Source: Candidatus Latescibacterota bacterium | Lineage (GTDB): Bacteria; Latescibacterota; UBA2968; UBA8231 | Length of the DNA: 64,000 nt | Assembly (NCBI GenBank): GCA_965242865.1 | Contig: CBDETK010000013.1 | Coordinates: 2,592,001 to 2,656,000 of the forward strand | Direction of reading: 5' to 3' | Shown: positions 18,901 through 30,500 of the stretch, one piece after another | Numbering within the stretch: position 1 is the stretch's first letter | Layout: every line of letters begins with the position of its first letter | Made by a program: the position numbers and the translations under genes | Notes under the pieces: model-generated | The model's database searches: none | The model's input: the letters and a program-made list of their open reading frames with translations, nothing else | Told to the model about the DNA's origin: nothing

Positions 18901-20667
18901 CTACCAAACACCCAGCGCGAGGTACTTTGGAAACATCAACCCCCTAAGGAGGACTCGGGGATTTGAGCCATCCAAGTTGGCGCTCCCCACGTCACCCGGG
19001 ACCTGGTTCACAAAGGTACTCCCGTTCTGGTCCACCCAGTATATCTTTTCGCGCTCCGCATCCACCGCGATGCCCCATAGCTGCGTCACCCCCGCGGGGG
19101 TGACGACTTCGGCGTCTGAGCCATCCCCATCCAAGTCGGCCCGCTGAAGTCTAGTGCCCGTGGCCATGGTCCAGCTCACCCAGTATATCTTTCTGTTCAC
19201 CAAATCCAGCGCGACGCCCGATGCATTATTCGTGTTCGTGTTCGCAAGGAAGTCTTGGCGGTTTGAGCCATCCAAGTCGGCAGACTCAATCTTATTCAAA
19301 ACCCAGTCCGTCCAGTATATCTTTCCGCGCTCCGCATCCACCGCGATGCCCGTTGGAGTATTCAATGTCGAGGTGATGATGTCTGTGGGGGCTGGCGGGT
19401 CATCCAAGTTGGCAGACCCAATAGCGCCGGGGTTCTGGTCCGTCCAGTATATCTTTCTGTTCACCAAATCCAGCGCGACGCCCTGTGGCGAACCCAGGTT
19501 CGAGGCGATTCTTAGCGTGTCTGAGCCATCCAAGTTGGAACGCCGAATCGAACCGGCTGCCATCGCGTCCGCCCAGTATATCTTTCTGTTCGCCACATCC
19601 ACCGCGATGCCATTTGGATTACTTCCGTCGAGGTATCTTGGGATCCGACCATCGGATCGTACATGACCAAAATGAACTCGTGGCAAGGGGATGAAGGATC
19701 GGGCGACTGAGCCATCCAAGCTGACACGCCAAATCTTTGACCGTCTTTCTGTTCGGGGCGAATTTCTGTCACCGTCCGTCACGTATAGGGCGGGCCCTAC
19801 TGCTCCCTGCCCTTCATCCGGTTCTTCTGGATAGACCTGGACGGTTTCGACGCGGGGGTATTTTTCTAGTACCGCTTCGACGCGGAGGCCGCTTGTTATC
19901 GCGGCGGCGAGTTGTTGGTTGGCCGCGTGCTGGCTAAGGGCGTTTTCCATCACGCCCAGCCATTGCAGGTTGGTCAGGCTGGCCAACGGACTCACGTCCG
20001 CAATGTCGTTGTCACCTAGATTGAGAAATTGCAGATTGGTTAGGCCAGCGAACGGCTGTACATCCGTAATTTCGTTGCCCCACATATCCAGCGTGCGCAA
20101 GCTGATCAGGCTGGCCAGCGGACTCGCATCCGCCACCTTGTTGCCCCACAGCGACAACGTTTGAAGGTTGGTCAGGCTGGCCAACGGCTGCACATCGGTA
20201 ATCGCGTTGCCCCGCAGATACAGCGTTGTCAGGGCCGTTGCGTGTTCAAGGCCGGCCACGCTCTCAATGTTTTTATAGCTCGCGTCAAGTTCGGTTAGGG
20301 CCGCCAAGTCCGCCGGGGTCAGTGCTCCTTGCGGGCGATCCAGTGCCTCCCGCACCGCTCGCTCCAAATTGGCGTCGGCGAACTCCACGATGGCCGATTG
20401 GGTGCTGTCGGCGTCAGCGTCGGTCTGGGTGCTATCGGCGTCGGCGTCGGCGTCGGCGTCGGTTTGGGTGGTGTCGGGGCTTTCCCGGGCGGGCAGCCCG
20501 TCGGTAGCGGTGTAGGCGTCGTCGCCCAAGAACTCGCACAAGGAACAAGTGGCTTTGCCGGCTGGCCGAGAAGCCACCGGCGCGGAGTCTGAGCAGCCCA
20601 TCCAAGCAGCGACGATGCCCAAAAGGACGAGCGCAAACAGGGTTTTGAGAGATTTCAACGAAGTCAT
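18901..20667 (-). CDS. Lipoprotein with internalin-like LRRs and LDL-receptor class B (YWTD) repeats
   Basis: RBS AAGGAG; signal ...AWMGC; DADADAD linker; LRRs (LASLTNLQ.L.L..N.I.DV.P); five KIYW(T/A/V) repeats with ADLDGS/ANLDGS. Confidence 0.88.
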   Translation of the reverse strand: MTSLKSLKTLFALVLLGIVAAWMGCSDSAPVASRPAGKATCSLCEFLGDDAYTATDGLPARESPDTTQTDADADADADSTQTDADADSTQSAIVEFADANLERAVREALDRPQGALTPADLAALTELDASYKNIESVAGLEHATALTTLYLRGNAITDVQPLASLTNLQTLSLWGNKVADASPLASLISLRTLDMWGNEITDVQPFAGLTNLQFLNLGDNDIADVSPLASLTNLQWLGVMENALSQHAANQQLAAAITSGLRVEAVLEKYPRVETVQVYPEEPDEGQGAVGPALYVTDGDRNSPRTERRSKIWRVSLDGSVARSFIPLPRVHFGHVRSDGRIPRYLDGSNPNGIAVDVANRKIYWADAMAAGSIRRSNLDGSDTLRIASNLGSPQGVALDLVNRKIYWTDQNPGAIGSANLDDPPAPTDIITSTLNTPTGIAVDAERGKIYWTDWVLNKIESADLDGSNRQDFLANTNTNNASGVALDLVNRKIYWVSWTMATGTRLQRADLDGDGSDAEVVTPAGVTQLWGIAVDAEREKIYWVDQNGSTFVNQVPGDVGSANLDGSNPRVLLRGLMFPKYLALGVW

Positions 20668-21116
20668 TTTTTGCTCCTTTATATGGTTGGGGAAGAAATG
20701 GTATGGAGGTTGGAAGAGGGGCATGACGCCCCAAAAGAGGCGGAGTTAGCCCTAGGGCTATCACTTGGAGCGCTCAGGATGTGCGCCCCTTGCTGTGGGT
20801 GCGCCTTTGCTGGTGTTCTGGCGGCGTCCGGGGCGAGGAGATTCCGCCCTCGGTCCTTGGCAGACGGGTTGCGGGGGTGGTGCAGTAAACGGGGATCTGC
20901 ATAAAGGCCGCACGGTGGCGTACGCTTGGGATCGTGCGGCCAGACCGACGCGACGCCCAATGGCCGCGCACGAGCCGTCGGCCGATGCTGAGAAGTAGAG
21001 AGTGTAGTGCTTGGTGCTAGCGGAGAATTTTCGGGGGGGGGGGGGGGGGTAAGTCGTTGTTTTTCAAGGACTTACGACACATTAAATCCGACGACGATTC
21101 CAAGCACTCAACAGGG
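20430..21116 (-). repeat. Dispersed leader + lipoprotein N-terminus cassette, copy 2 (C17 tract; G17 at 21033-21049 on +)
   Basis: Inverted homolog of 3559-4217. Confidence 0.9.
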
Positions 21117-21221
21117 TTTTGCCCCATAGCAAGGCCCCTGCCTGATATGAAATGCTTAACCATCGTCTCGTTCATCTCTCGTTCATCCGCCAACCAATGG
21201 TGCCAAATTTGCCGCTGTAAC

Positions 21222-21282
21222 GGGCAGGCACGGGGGCCTGCCCCAACGGGATTCTTACGGGCAGGCACGGGGGGCCGCCCCT
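21222..21282 (-). repeat. Two tandem REP-like palindromes (GTTGGGGCAGGCCCCCGTGCCTGCCC and a variant)
   Basis: GGGCAGGC..GCCTGCCC stems at 21222-21247 and 21259-21282; resemble GTAG-family REPs. Confidence 0.6.
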
Positions 21283-21434
21283 GATTGTAGGTTCTTTGCC
21301 GTCGTCAAATAAAAGCCTAAACACAGAAGCCGCAACCGAATCACACAAAAAAATATAGTGTTCAGACAGCCAAAAGAAAAGTTCCGCCGAGCCATGTTCG
21401 ACGGAGCCTGTGCTGCAAGGGATATAGACGCTCC

Positions 21435-21755
21435 TCAGGTGCCCGGGGGCCGGTAGGGCACGCTTTTCCCGATGGCCTCGTCTATGGTTTCCGGGGCGAC
21501 CAGTACGGTAACGCTAATGTCGAGTGCGCCCGCGTTGCCGATGACCATGGACACGGCCGCGGCCGTTGCGTCGTCGGGAAGATCGGCAATGATATAGAGG
21601 TCTGGGGTGCCGAAGGCGTAGTACAGCGATTCCACGCTGCCGCCCATTTCCTCAATGGTCTGGGTTAGGGCCGCCCGTCGCCGCGTGCCGCCTTCCTTCA
21701 GCAAACCGGCCAGCCCGGCCTGCGTGTACGTCGCGCGAAACATGTATTTGCTCAT
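21435..21755 (-). CDS. GYD domain protein
   Basis: MSKYMFRATYT..G..GL, MGGSVESLYYAFG..D; RBS AGGAGG. Confidence 0.8.
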   Translation of the reverse strand: MSKYMFRATYTQAGLAGLLKEGGTRRRAALTQTIEEMGGSVESLYYAFGTPDLYIIADLPDDATAAAVSMVIGNAGALDISVTVLVAPETIDEAIGKSVPYRPPGT

Positions 21756-21934
21756 TGGATTTCCTCCTTTTATCCAAGATGGCTTCCAACGTAAGCAGCA
21801 TTGGCACCTCGGTCAAACCGCAACGACGACCTTTTACCGCCGCGGTGAGATTGGGTTGACTTCACTCGGTAGTTTACCATGTTAGCCACTTGCGCGCTTG
21901 GTCAACTATCCGCCCGCCGAACTCGAGAACAGCC

Positions 21935-22636
21935 ATGCCCACGCTGATTGCCTTTGACGCCGACGATACCCTGTGGGAAAACGAGATTTACTTTGAACGG
22001 GTCATAGACCGCTTTAAGCATTTGCTGTCGCCCGATTGCGACCCGGCGTGGACTGAGCGGGAACTATACGAGACCGAAAGGCGCAACTTGTCTCACTTTG
22101 GCTACGGGATCAAAGGCTTCACCTTGTCCATGATAGAGACGGCCCTCGACCTGACGAAGGGAGCGGTAACCGGGCACCAAATCCGCCAGATTTTGGACTA
22201 TGGCAAAGAGATGTTGCAGATGCCCATTGAGCCGCTGCCCCACGTCGAGGAGGTGCTTACCGGCCTGTCCCGCACGCGGCCCCTGATGCTGTTGACCAAG
22301 GGCGACTTACTGGACCAAGAGGCCAAAATCGCCCGCTCCGGCTTGGCCGACTACTTCACTTACATCGAAATCGTCAGCGAAAAAGACGAGGAAACCTACG
22401 CGGCCCTGCTGCAACGCCACGGCATCCGGCCCGCCGACTTTTGCATGGTGGGCAATTCGCTCAAATCGGACATCCTGCCCGTCGTCGCTTTAGGCGGCCG
22501 TGCGGTCTATGTGCCTTGCCACACCACTGGGCCGCACGAACGCGCCGAGCCTTCGGAGGCCGAATGCCAGCAATTCCACCAAATAGCCCACCTAGGCGAA
22601 CTGCCCGGCCTGCTCGCAGAGCGGTTAGAAGCGTGA
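21935..22636 (+). CDS. HAD-family hydrolase
   Basis: FDADDTLW, TKGD, MVGNSLKSD. Confidence 0.88.
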   Translation: MPTLIAFDADDTLWENEIYFERVIDRFKHLLSPDCDPAWTERELYETERRNLSHFGYGIKGFTLSMIETALDLTKGAVTGHQIRQILDYGKEMLQMPIEPLPHVEEVLTGLSRTRPLMLLTKGDLLDQEAKIARSGLADYFTYIEIVSEKDEETYAALLQRHGIRPADFCMVGNSLKSDILPVVALGGRAVYVPCHTTGPHERAEPSEAECQQFHQIAHLGELPGLLAERLEA

Positions 22637-22662
22637 AGGGGCGGTCTTGCCGGCGGTGAATT

Positions 22663-23010
22663 TTGACCAAACGGGGTATGTATCGTAAGGTGGCCAGCGC
22701 GCTCCTCAAAGCCGTGCATCTGTGGACCGACCGCGGCGAAGGGGATTTCGGCCTGTTCTTTTTGCGCGACAAGCAACAACGCGAAGTCGATTTCGTCGTC
22801 GTCCGCGACGGGCGGCCTTGGTTCCTAGTCGAAGTCAAACGCGCTGGTCGCGCCGCCCTTTCTCCGGCCCTACACCTATTCCAACGCCAGACGGAAGCGC
22901 CGCACGCTTTCCAAGTGGTGCTGGACTTGCCTTTTGTCGAGCGCGACTGTTTTGCCCACCACCAACCCATCATCGTCCCGGCGCAGACCTTGCTCTCGCA
23001 ATTGGTTTGA
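22663..23010 (+). pseudogene. C-terminal fragment of an AAA_14/DUF4143 protein
   Basis: VASALLKAV..FLRDKQQREVDF..LVEVK; ATPase half absent. Confidence 0.7.
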
Positions 23011-23108
23011 CCCAGCGATCTTGAAAGCACCTTGAGAAGGCAATACATTTTTGGCCGTAGAGCGAGCGGCCAACGGCCAGTCCACTAGCAGAGAAAGGAG
23101 CGTACACA

Positions 23109-24044
23109 ATGCGCGTGCTGATCACCGGCGGCGCGGGTTTCTTGGGGTCGCACCTGAGCGACCTTCTGCTAAGGGAAGGCTGCGAAATCATCTGCATGGA
23201 CAACTTCCTCACTGGCCGGCCCGAAAACATCGCCCACCTGCTCGACCACCCGCGATTCCAGTTTGTTCAATGCGATGTGACCAACGACATCCGCGTAGAT
23301 GGGCCGCTCAACTTCATCTTGCATCTCGCCAGCCCAGCGAGCCCGGCCGACTTTGAGCGGTTGGCCGTCAACATCCTCAAAGTCGGCGCGTTGGGCACGC
23401 ACAAGACCTTGGAGTTGGCCGTGGCCAAGCAAGCCAAGTTCCTGCTGGCCTCCACGTCAGAGGTGTATGGCGACCCCTTGGTACATCCCCAGTCCGAGGA
23501 GTACCTCGGCAACGTCAACCCCATTGGCATCCGCGGCGCGTACGACGAGGCCAAGCGCTTTGCCGAGGCCATGACCATGGCATACCACCGCTTGCACGGC
23601 ACGGACGTGCGCATCGTGCGCATATTCAATGCCTACGGCGAGCGCATGCGCCAAGACGACGGCCGGGCCGTGCCCAACTTCATCATCCAAGCCCTCAAGG
23701 GCGACGATCTGACGGTCTATGGCGACGGGCAGCAAACGCGCAGCATCTGCTATTGCAGCGATTTGATCGCCGGCCTCTACAAGCTCATGCTGTCCGAGGT
23801 GGTGACCCCGGTCAACCTCGGCAATCCCTGCGAAATCACCGTGCTCGACTTGGCCCGCAAGATCATCGCCATGACCGGGGCCAAGAGCCGCATCGCCTTC
23901 CGCGATTTACCGCAAGACGACCCCCGGGTCCGCCTGCCCGACATTGCCAAGGCCCAATCCCTGCTCGGCTGGACGCCCCGCGTGGGAGCGGGCGAAGGGC
24001 TGGGCCGGACGATTGCTTGGTTCAAGCGAGAATTGGAGAACTAG
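23109..24044 (+). CDS. UDP-glucuronate decarboxylase family (extended SDR)
   Basis: [40 protein letters not shown]. Confidence 0.9.
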   Translation: MRVLITGGAGFLGSHLSDLLLREGCEIICMDNFLTGRPENIAHLLDHPRFQFVQCDVTNDIRVDGPLNFILHLASPASPADFERLAVNILKVGALGTHKTLELAVAKQAKFLLASTSEVYGDPLVHPQSEEYLGNVNPIGIRGAYDEAKRFAEAMTMAYHRLHGTDVRIVRIFNAYGERMRQDDGRAVPNFIIQALKGDDLTVYGDGQQTRSICYCSDLIAGLYKLMLSEVVTPVNLGNPCEITVLDLARKIIAMTGAKSRIAFRDLPQDDPRVRLPDIAKAQSLLGWTPRVGAGEGLGRTIAWFKRELEN

Positions 24045-24046
24045 CT

Positions 24047-24913
24047 ATGTGCGCCTTTGAACTGCGAGAAAACGCCCTCGGCCTTGAAATCCACGCGGGC
24101 AGCAAGTTGCTCGCCCTGTACCGCGCCACCGAGGAGCTGCCCCGCAGCGAATCCCCCAAGCCCTGCTTCGCGCCCCTGTACACGCTTTCCGGCCAGCTCG
24201 TGACCGAGTACCGCCCGCCCGACCACGCTTGGCACACCGGGCTGTACTTTGGCTGGGTCCACGTCAACGACGCCAACTTGTGGGGCGGGCCTTGGTACTT
24301 GCCAGAGAAAAAGAAATACGAATACGTCGCCGACAGCCACGGCGTGCAGCGGCACGACCGCTTCACGGCTTTAGCAGGGGCCTCGGCGACCGAAGTGCTT
24401 TCTTGGCTCGACGGCCGCGACCAACTCATGGCGGTGGAGTCGCGCTCTTTTGGCTTGTATAGCACGGCCGGCGGCTACTGCTTGCGGATATCCACGCGCA
24501 TTGAGCCGGCCGGCGACCGGCTGGTGATGGGCGCCTCGCGGGCGGCGCGGTACTCGGGGTTGGAATTGCGTATGGGGCCTTCCTTTGCCGAGGCCGACCA
24601 CTATTGCAGCGAGGGACGCCGAGGCCACGCAGACATCATGGGGCAGCGCGCCCGCTGGGTCGGGGCGAGCGGCAAACATGGCGGCTTTGTCGCGCTCATG
24701 GATCACCCCACCAACCCGCGCCACCCGGTCCCTTGGTTTACCCGCGCAAACTTGCTCGGCGCGGGCCTGCTAATGGAGGGCGACTTAGCGCTGGCGGCCA
24801 GCGAGTGCTTGGAACTCCACTACGCTTTCTTCGTCCTAGACCAAGACCCCGGCCGCGCCCAAATCGAAGCCTTGTACGCGGACTTTGCTGCTTCCCCCGG
24901 AGAATTGCCATGA
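24047..24913 (+). CDS. DUF6807-like sugar-related protein
   Basis: KPCFAPL, PPDHAWHTGL, DHPTNPRHP.PW motifs. Confidence 0.6.
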   Translation: MCAFELRENALGLEIHAGSKLLALYRATEELPRSESPKPCFAPLYTLSGQLVTEYRPPDHAWHTGLYFGWVHVNDANLWGGPWYLPEKKKYEYVADSHGVQRHDRFTALAGASATEVLSWLDGRDQLMAVESRSFGLYSTAGGYCLRISTRIEPAGDRLVMGASRAARYSGLELRMGPSFAEADHYCSEGRRGHADIMGQRARWVGASGKHGGFVALMDHPTNPRHPVPWFTRANLLGAGLLMEGDLALAASECLELHYAFFVLDQDPGRAQIEALYADFAASPGELP

Positions 24914-26328
24914 GGCCGTTGTGCCTCCCGCTGCTGGTGCTGCTCGCCTGCGCCTCAGTAGAGGACGGGGCCTCTCCCGTCCTCAGCTTCCCCCCGCCGG
25001 ACCAATGGATAGCTGACGCCTCCGCAGAGCCGGTCGCCGACCGCTGGTGGCGCGACATGGGAGCCGCACGCCTCGACAGCCTCGTGGCCTTGGCCTTAGC
25101 TCATAACTACGATCTCAAGGCCGCTGGGGCGCGTCTGGCCCAAGCCCAAGCCCAAGCCCGAGTGGCCGGGGCCCCGCTCTGGCCCCAGCTCAACGCCAAC
25201 GCCAATGGCGCGCGGCGCAAACAAAACTTCGTCGGCCTTCCCATTCCCGGGCGCGACCCAGACCAAGTCTTGAGTTCTACCAGCACCTCCTTTGGCGTCG
25301 ATCTGACTGCGAGTTGGGAGGCGGACCTGTGGGGTCGCCTGCGGGCCGGGGCCCAAGCCGCGCTGGCCGACGCGGCGGCCGCGGCCGCTGATTTTCGGGC
25401 GGCGCGCCTCTCGCTGGCCGCGCAGACGGCGCGGGCCTATTTCGCCGCGGTCGAAGCGGGGCGCCAAGTCGAGCTGGCGCAGGCCACCGTTGAAAACTAC
25501 CGGCTCTCCACCGACCAGATAGCGGACCGCTATCGCCGCGGCTTGCGCTCATCGCTCGACGTGCGCTTGGGCCGGTCGAGCTTGGCTACGGCCGAAGCAA
25601 CCCTCGCCCAACGCCGCGGCCAACGGGATGCTGCGCTGCGTCAGCTCGAATTGATCTTGGGCCGCTACCCCGGCGCTCAGGTCGAGGTCGGGGGCGAGTT
25701 GCCCGCGGTCCGCGGTCCGATTCCAGCCGGCCTGCCCGCCCAGCTCGTGGGCCGACGGCCGGACCTCGTGGCCGCGGAGCGCCGCCTCGCCGCGGCCGAT
25801 CGCCGGTTGGCCCAAGCTCGGCGCGCCCTGTTGCCGCGCATCAGTCTCACGGCCTCTACGGGCCGCTCGTCGAGCGCGTTGAGCAACCTGCTCGATGGCG
25901 ACTTTTCGATCTGGAGTCTCGTGGGCAATATCACGCAGCCCTTGCTGCAAGGGGGTCGCCTGCGCGCCGGCGTCGATCAAGCCGCGGCCGGGGCCGAGCA
26001 AGCACTCTTTGCCTACGCGCAAAGCGCCCTCAAGGCATACAGCGAGGTAGAGGCGGCCCTGAACGCCGAAGGGTTGCTCGCCGACCAAGAACGCGCCCTC
26101 GCGACCGCGGCCGAAGAAGCCTTGGCCGCACGCGCCTTAGCCGAAGATCGCTACGTCCGCGGGCTTGCCGATCTCATCGCCCTGCTAGAGTCGCAACGCC
26201 GAGCCTTTGACGCCCAGAGCCGCTTGCTCGCCATTCGCCGCCAGCGGCTCGATACGCGCATTGACCTGCACTTGGCGCTGGGCGGTGGCTTTACCCTCGC
26301 CTCTCAATCCGCGGAGCTTCAGCAATGA
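24910..26328 (+). CDS. RND efflux outer membrane lipoprotein (NodT/OprM-like)
   Basis: Lipobox LLAC; WEADLWG, RRPDLVAAE, LALGGG. Confidence 0.9.
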   Translation: MRPLCLPLLVLLACASVEDGASPVLSFPPPDQWIADASAEPVADRWWRDMGAARLDSLVALALAHNYDLKAAGARLAQAQAQARVAGAPLWPQLNANANGARRKQNFVGLPIPGRDPDQVLSSTSTSFGVDLTASWEADLWGRLRAGAQAALADAAAAAADFRAARLSLAAQTARAYFAAVEAGRQVELAQATVENYRLSTDQIADRYRRGLRSSLDVRLGRSSLATAEATLAQRRGQRDAALRQLELILGRYPGAQVEVGGELPAVRGPIPAGLPAQLVGRRPDLVAAERRLAAADRRLAQARRALLPRISLTASTGRSSSALSNLLDGDFSIWSLVGNITQPLLQGGRLRAGVDQAAAGAEQALFAYAQSALKAYSEVEAALNAEGLLADQERALATAAEEALAARALAEDRYVRGLADLIALLESQRRAFDAQSRLLAIRRQRLDTRIDLHLALGGGFTLASQSAELQQ

Positions 26329-27563
26329 TGCGCGTCTTCAAAATAGTCTTGCCCGTCGTCATCCTCGCCCTCGGGTTTGGGGCCTTCCAACTGCTGGCCT
26401 CCATGCGCGAGCCGCCCCAGCGCGTCGCGCCCACCTATGCCGGGCCGCTCGTCGAAGCCATGGCCGCCCCGCTCCAACAGGTCCAAGTCGTAGTTGAGGG
26501 GCAGGGCACGGTGCAGCCCGATGCCCAGATCGACCTCGTGCCGCAGGTGTCGGGGGTCGTGGTGTGGAAGGACGCTGATTTCAAACCCGGCGGGACTTTT
26601 GCCAAGGGGGCGCTGCTCTTTCGGCTGGACCCACGCGACTACGAGCTCGCGGTCCAACAGGCTGCGGCCCAAGTGGCGCAGGCGCGCTACCAACTCGACT
26701 TGGCCCGAGCAGAAGCCGCCATTGCCGCGCAAGAGTGGGAGCGGCTCCACGCCCCAGCCCCAGCCCCCACGGACTTGGTGCTCCGCAAACCCCAGTTGCG
26801 CGCGGCCGAGGCCGCCCTCCAAGGCGCGGAAGCCCGCCTCGCCGAAGCGCGGCTGCGCCTCGATCGCACCAAAGTACACGCGCCATTTGCCGGCCGAGTG
26901 CGCACTGCCCGCGTCGATGTCGGCCAACACCTCAACGCCGGCCAAGCCATCGCCCAGATATACAGCATTGAAAAGGCCGAGATCGTCGTCCCGGTCCCGG
27001 ACGAAGACCTCGGGTGGTTCACCCTGCCGCTGCCCATGGACATCGCGCCGGCCAGCACGCCCGTTTCCGAGCGCAACGCCGAGGGCCATTCCCGCGCCTT
27101 TGCCTTTGGCCGAGAGGGGGCCAGCGCCGTGGTCCACGGGGTCTTTGCCGGCCAACGCCACCAGTGGAACGGCCGCGTAGTTCGCACCGAGGGCGAGCTC
27201 GACCCGCAAAGCCGCATGGTCCGCTTAGTGGTGGAGGTCGAAGCGCCCTACGGCGGCATGGCCGACGGGATTCCGCCGCTGACGGTGGGGATGTTCGTCG
27301 ATGTGGCCATTGCCGGTCGCACGGTCGATGGCGTCCGCGTCTTGCCGCGCGCGGCCCTGCGCCAAGGCGACCGCGTGTGGGTGGTGGGCCGCGATGGCGT
27401 CCTCCGCATCCGCCGAGCGCAAGTGGTGCGGGCGCTCGAAAATGAAGTGCTCTCTTACATCGACTTGGATCCCCAAGAGCGGATCATCGTCTCTCAGCTC
27501 AGCGGCGTCACCGACGGGATGCAGGTGAGGTTGGCCGCTGGCAATGCAGGAGATCCACCGTGA
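26325..27563 (+). CDS. RND efflux membrane fusion protein
   Basis: PQVSG, APFAGRV, GMFV; operon position. Confidence 0.9.
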   Translation: MMRVFKIVLPVVILALGFGAFQLLASMREPPQRVAPTYAGPLVEAMAAPLQQVQVVVEGQGTVQPDAQIDLVPQVSGVVVWKDADFKPGGTFAKGALLFRLDPRDYELAVQQAAAQVAQARYQLDLARAEAAIAAQEWERLHAPAPAPTDLVLRKPQLRAAEAALQGAEARLAEARLRLDRTKVHAPFAGRVRTARVDVGQHLNAGQAIAQIYSIEKAEIVVPVPDEDLGWFTLPLPMDIAPASTPVSERNAEGHSRAFAFGREGASAVVHGVFAGQRHQWNGRVVRTEGELDPQSRMVRLVVEVEAPYGGMADGIPPLTVGMFVDVAIAGRTVDGVRVLPRAALRQGDRVWVVGRDGVLRIRRAQVVRALENEVLSYIDLDPQERIIVSQLSGVTDGMQVRLAAGNAGDPP

Positions 27564-30500
27564 AAGCACCCGTAGCTTGGATGGCGAAGAACCACGTCGC
27601 GGCCAATCTGCTGATGGGCTTCATCATGTTGAGCGGCCTGTTTTCCATGATGCAGACCAAGAAAGAGACCTTCCCCGAGATGTCGCTCGACCAAGTGCAG
27701 ATTCAAGTGCCCTATCTGGGCGCGACCCCGGCCGAGGTCGAAGACGCGGTCTGCAAGCGCATTGAGGAGCGGGTGCGCGGCCTAGAGGGGGTGCGCCGCG
27801 TGCGCTCCACCGCCGCCGAGGGCATGGGCTCGGTCAGCATTGAGCTGGAGCGCGGGGCCGATCTAGACAAACTCCTCGACGACATCAAAAACGAGATCGA
27901 CCGCATCGACACCTTTCCCGCCGAGGTCGAAGAGCCGGTCATCAAGGAACTGACGCGGCGCAATCAAGCCATCGACGTGGTCCTCTACGGCGAGGTCGAG
28001 GAAAAGGCCCTCAAAGTCGCGGCCGAGCGCGTGCGCGACGACCTGCGCAGCAGCGGCGTGATTTCGCAGGTCGAGCTCAAGGGCGTGCGCGTCGATGAGA
28101 TTGCCATTGAGGTGTCCGAAGAGGCGTTGCGCCGCTACGGGCTGACCTTCGCGCAAGTCGCTGACGCCGTGCGCCGCACGAGCCTCGACCTGCCGGCGGG
28201 CCGCGTCGAAAGCGAGGACGGCGCGATCTTGCTCCGCACGCAGGGGCTGATGCGCTCGGGGCGCGAATACGAAGAGGTCGTGGTCCTCACCCGCCCCGAC
28301 GGCACGGCCCTCAAGCTCAAAGACATGGCCACGGTCGTCGATGGCTTTGAGGATACCGAGCTCATCTCGCGCTTCAACGGCCAGCCAGCGGCCGTGGTGC
28401 AAGTCTATCGCATTGGCGACCAAAGTGCGCTCGACATCTCCGCTTATGTCCATCAGTACATCGAGGACAAACGCTCAACCCTGCCGGCGGGAATCCACAT
28501 CAACTACGCACGCGACGACGCCCGCATCCTGCGCAGCCGCATAGACCTGCTGATCCGCAACGCCCGCCTCGGCTTGGTGCTGGTCTTTATCTGCCTGAGC
28601 TTCTTCCTCGATCTGCGCTTGGCGTTCTGGGTGATGATGGGCATTCCCATCAGCTTTTTGGGGGCCTTCGTGCTGATGGAGCCTTTTGACGCCTCGATCA
28701 ACATGCTTTCCCTGTTCGCCTTTATCGTGGCCTTGGGCATTGTGGTTGATGACGCGATCATCGTCGGCGAAAACATCTTTGCCCACCGCGTGCAGGGGAA
28801 ACCCTTTGGCCGCGCCGCCATTGATGGCGCCCTCGAAGTGGGGACGCCGGTCACCTTCTCGATCATGACCTCGATTGCTGCTTTTATGCCGCTGTTTTTC
28901 GTCGAGGGCCTGATGGGCAAGTTCATGTCGGTCATGCCGGTGATCGTCATCTCCGTGCTCCTGCTATCGCTGATTGAGAGCCTGTTCATTCTGCCGGCGC
29001 ACCTATCTTCCGAGGGGGACGGGGCACTCAGCCGCCTCGTTCGCCGGCTCTTGGCGCGCCCGCTCGCTTGGCACGACCGGGTCGTCGTCCTCTTTGACCG
29101 CGGCCTCCAGTACGTCATCCACAACGCCTATCAGCCCACGCTGCGCTTGGCGCTGGCCCACCCGATCTCCAGCGCGGCCTTGGCCTTGTCGCTGATGATG
29201 GGGACCGGCGGGCTGATCGCCGGAGGCCATATCAAGTTCGTGTTTATGCCCGAGATCGGCTCCGATTGGGTGACCATCTCGGTCAACATGCCCCAAGGCA
29301 CCACGGCCAGCCAGACCGCCAAAGTCGTGCAATACATCGAGGAAAAGGCCCTCGCCCTGCGCGACCAGATCGACGCCGAGCGCGCCAGCGAGGATTCCAT
29401 CTATCGCAATGTGTTTACGTACATCGGCGACCAACCCACGGCCCGGCGTTCCTCCTTTGCGTCGGCCCCGGGGGCCGGCGGCCAAGGGCACCTCGCCGAA
29501 ATTACCATTGAGCTGCAACCTTCTGAGGAGCGCGATTTCGACAGCACGGAGATCGAGTCGCAGCTGCGCCAACGGGTCGGCGAAGTGCCCGGCCCGGAAT
29601 CCATTGTTTTCTCTTCGCTGCTGTTTTCCGCCGGCAATCCCATTGAAGTCGAGCTCGCCGCGGACAACTTCGATCAGCTCTTGTTGGCGGTCGATCGGCT
29701 CAAGGGCAAAATCGCCGAGTACGCCGGCGTCGGCGACATCCAAGACAGCTTTGAGGAAGGCAAGCTGGAGATGAAGCTCCAGCTCAAGCCCCAAGCCCGC
29801 ACCCTCGGCCTCACGCTCGCGGATCTGGCCCGTCAAGTGCGCCAAGGCTTTTACGGCGACCAAGCACTGCGCTTCCAGCGCGGCTCGGACGATGTGCGGG
29901 TGATGGTGCGCTACCCCAAAGGCGAGCGCCGCAACCTAGGCGACGTGCGCTCGATGCGCGTCCGCACGCCATCGGGGGCCGAGGTGCCCTTTGGCGAGGT
30001 CGCCACCGTGGCCATTGGCCACGCCTATGCTTCCATCCAGCGCACCGATGGCCAGCGCGTGGTGCGGGTGACTGCCTCGGTCGATGACCAAGTCGCCAAT
30101 GCCGACGAGATCAACCGCGATCTCGAATCGTCTTTGCTGCCCGCCCTCGCCGCGGACTATCCCGGCCTGCGCTACCGATTCGGCGGCGAGCAAAAGGAGC
30201 AGCAGGATTCGCTGCAGAGCCTGCTGTCCAACTTTGCCATCGCTCTTTTTGCCATTTACATGTTGCTGGCCGTGCCCTTCAAATCGTACACCCAGCCCCT
30301 CGTTGTCATGAGCGCGATTCCCTTCGGCATCATTGGCGCGGTTTGGGGGCATCTGCTCATGGGCTTGGACTTGGCCCTGTTGAGCTTCTTTGGCATCGTC
30401 GCGCTGTCGGGCGTGGTGGTCAACGATTCGCTGGTGCTGCTGACCTTCTACAACCAGATGCTGCGCGGGGGGACGCCGCACGCAGAAGCCCTAGTTTCAG

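Noticed and set aside
24047-24913. Methane monooxygenase (PmoA label often attached to this family)
   Set aside because: Soluble-looking protein with no pmoBC neighbours; the label is misleading
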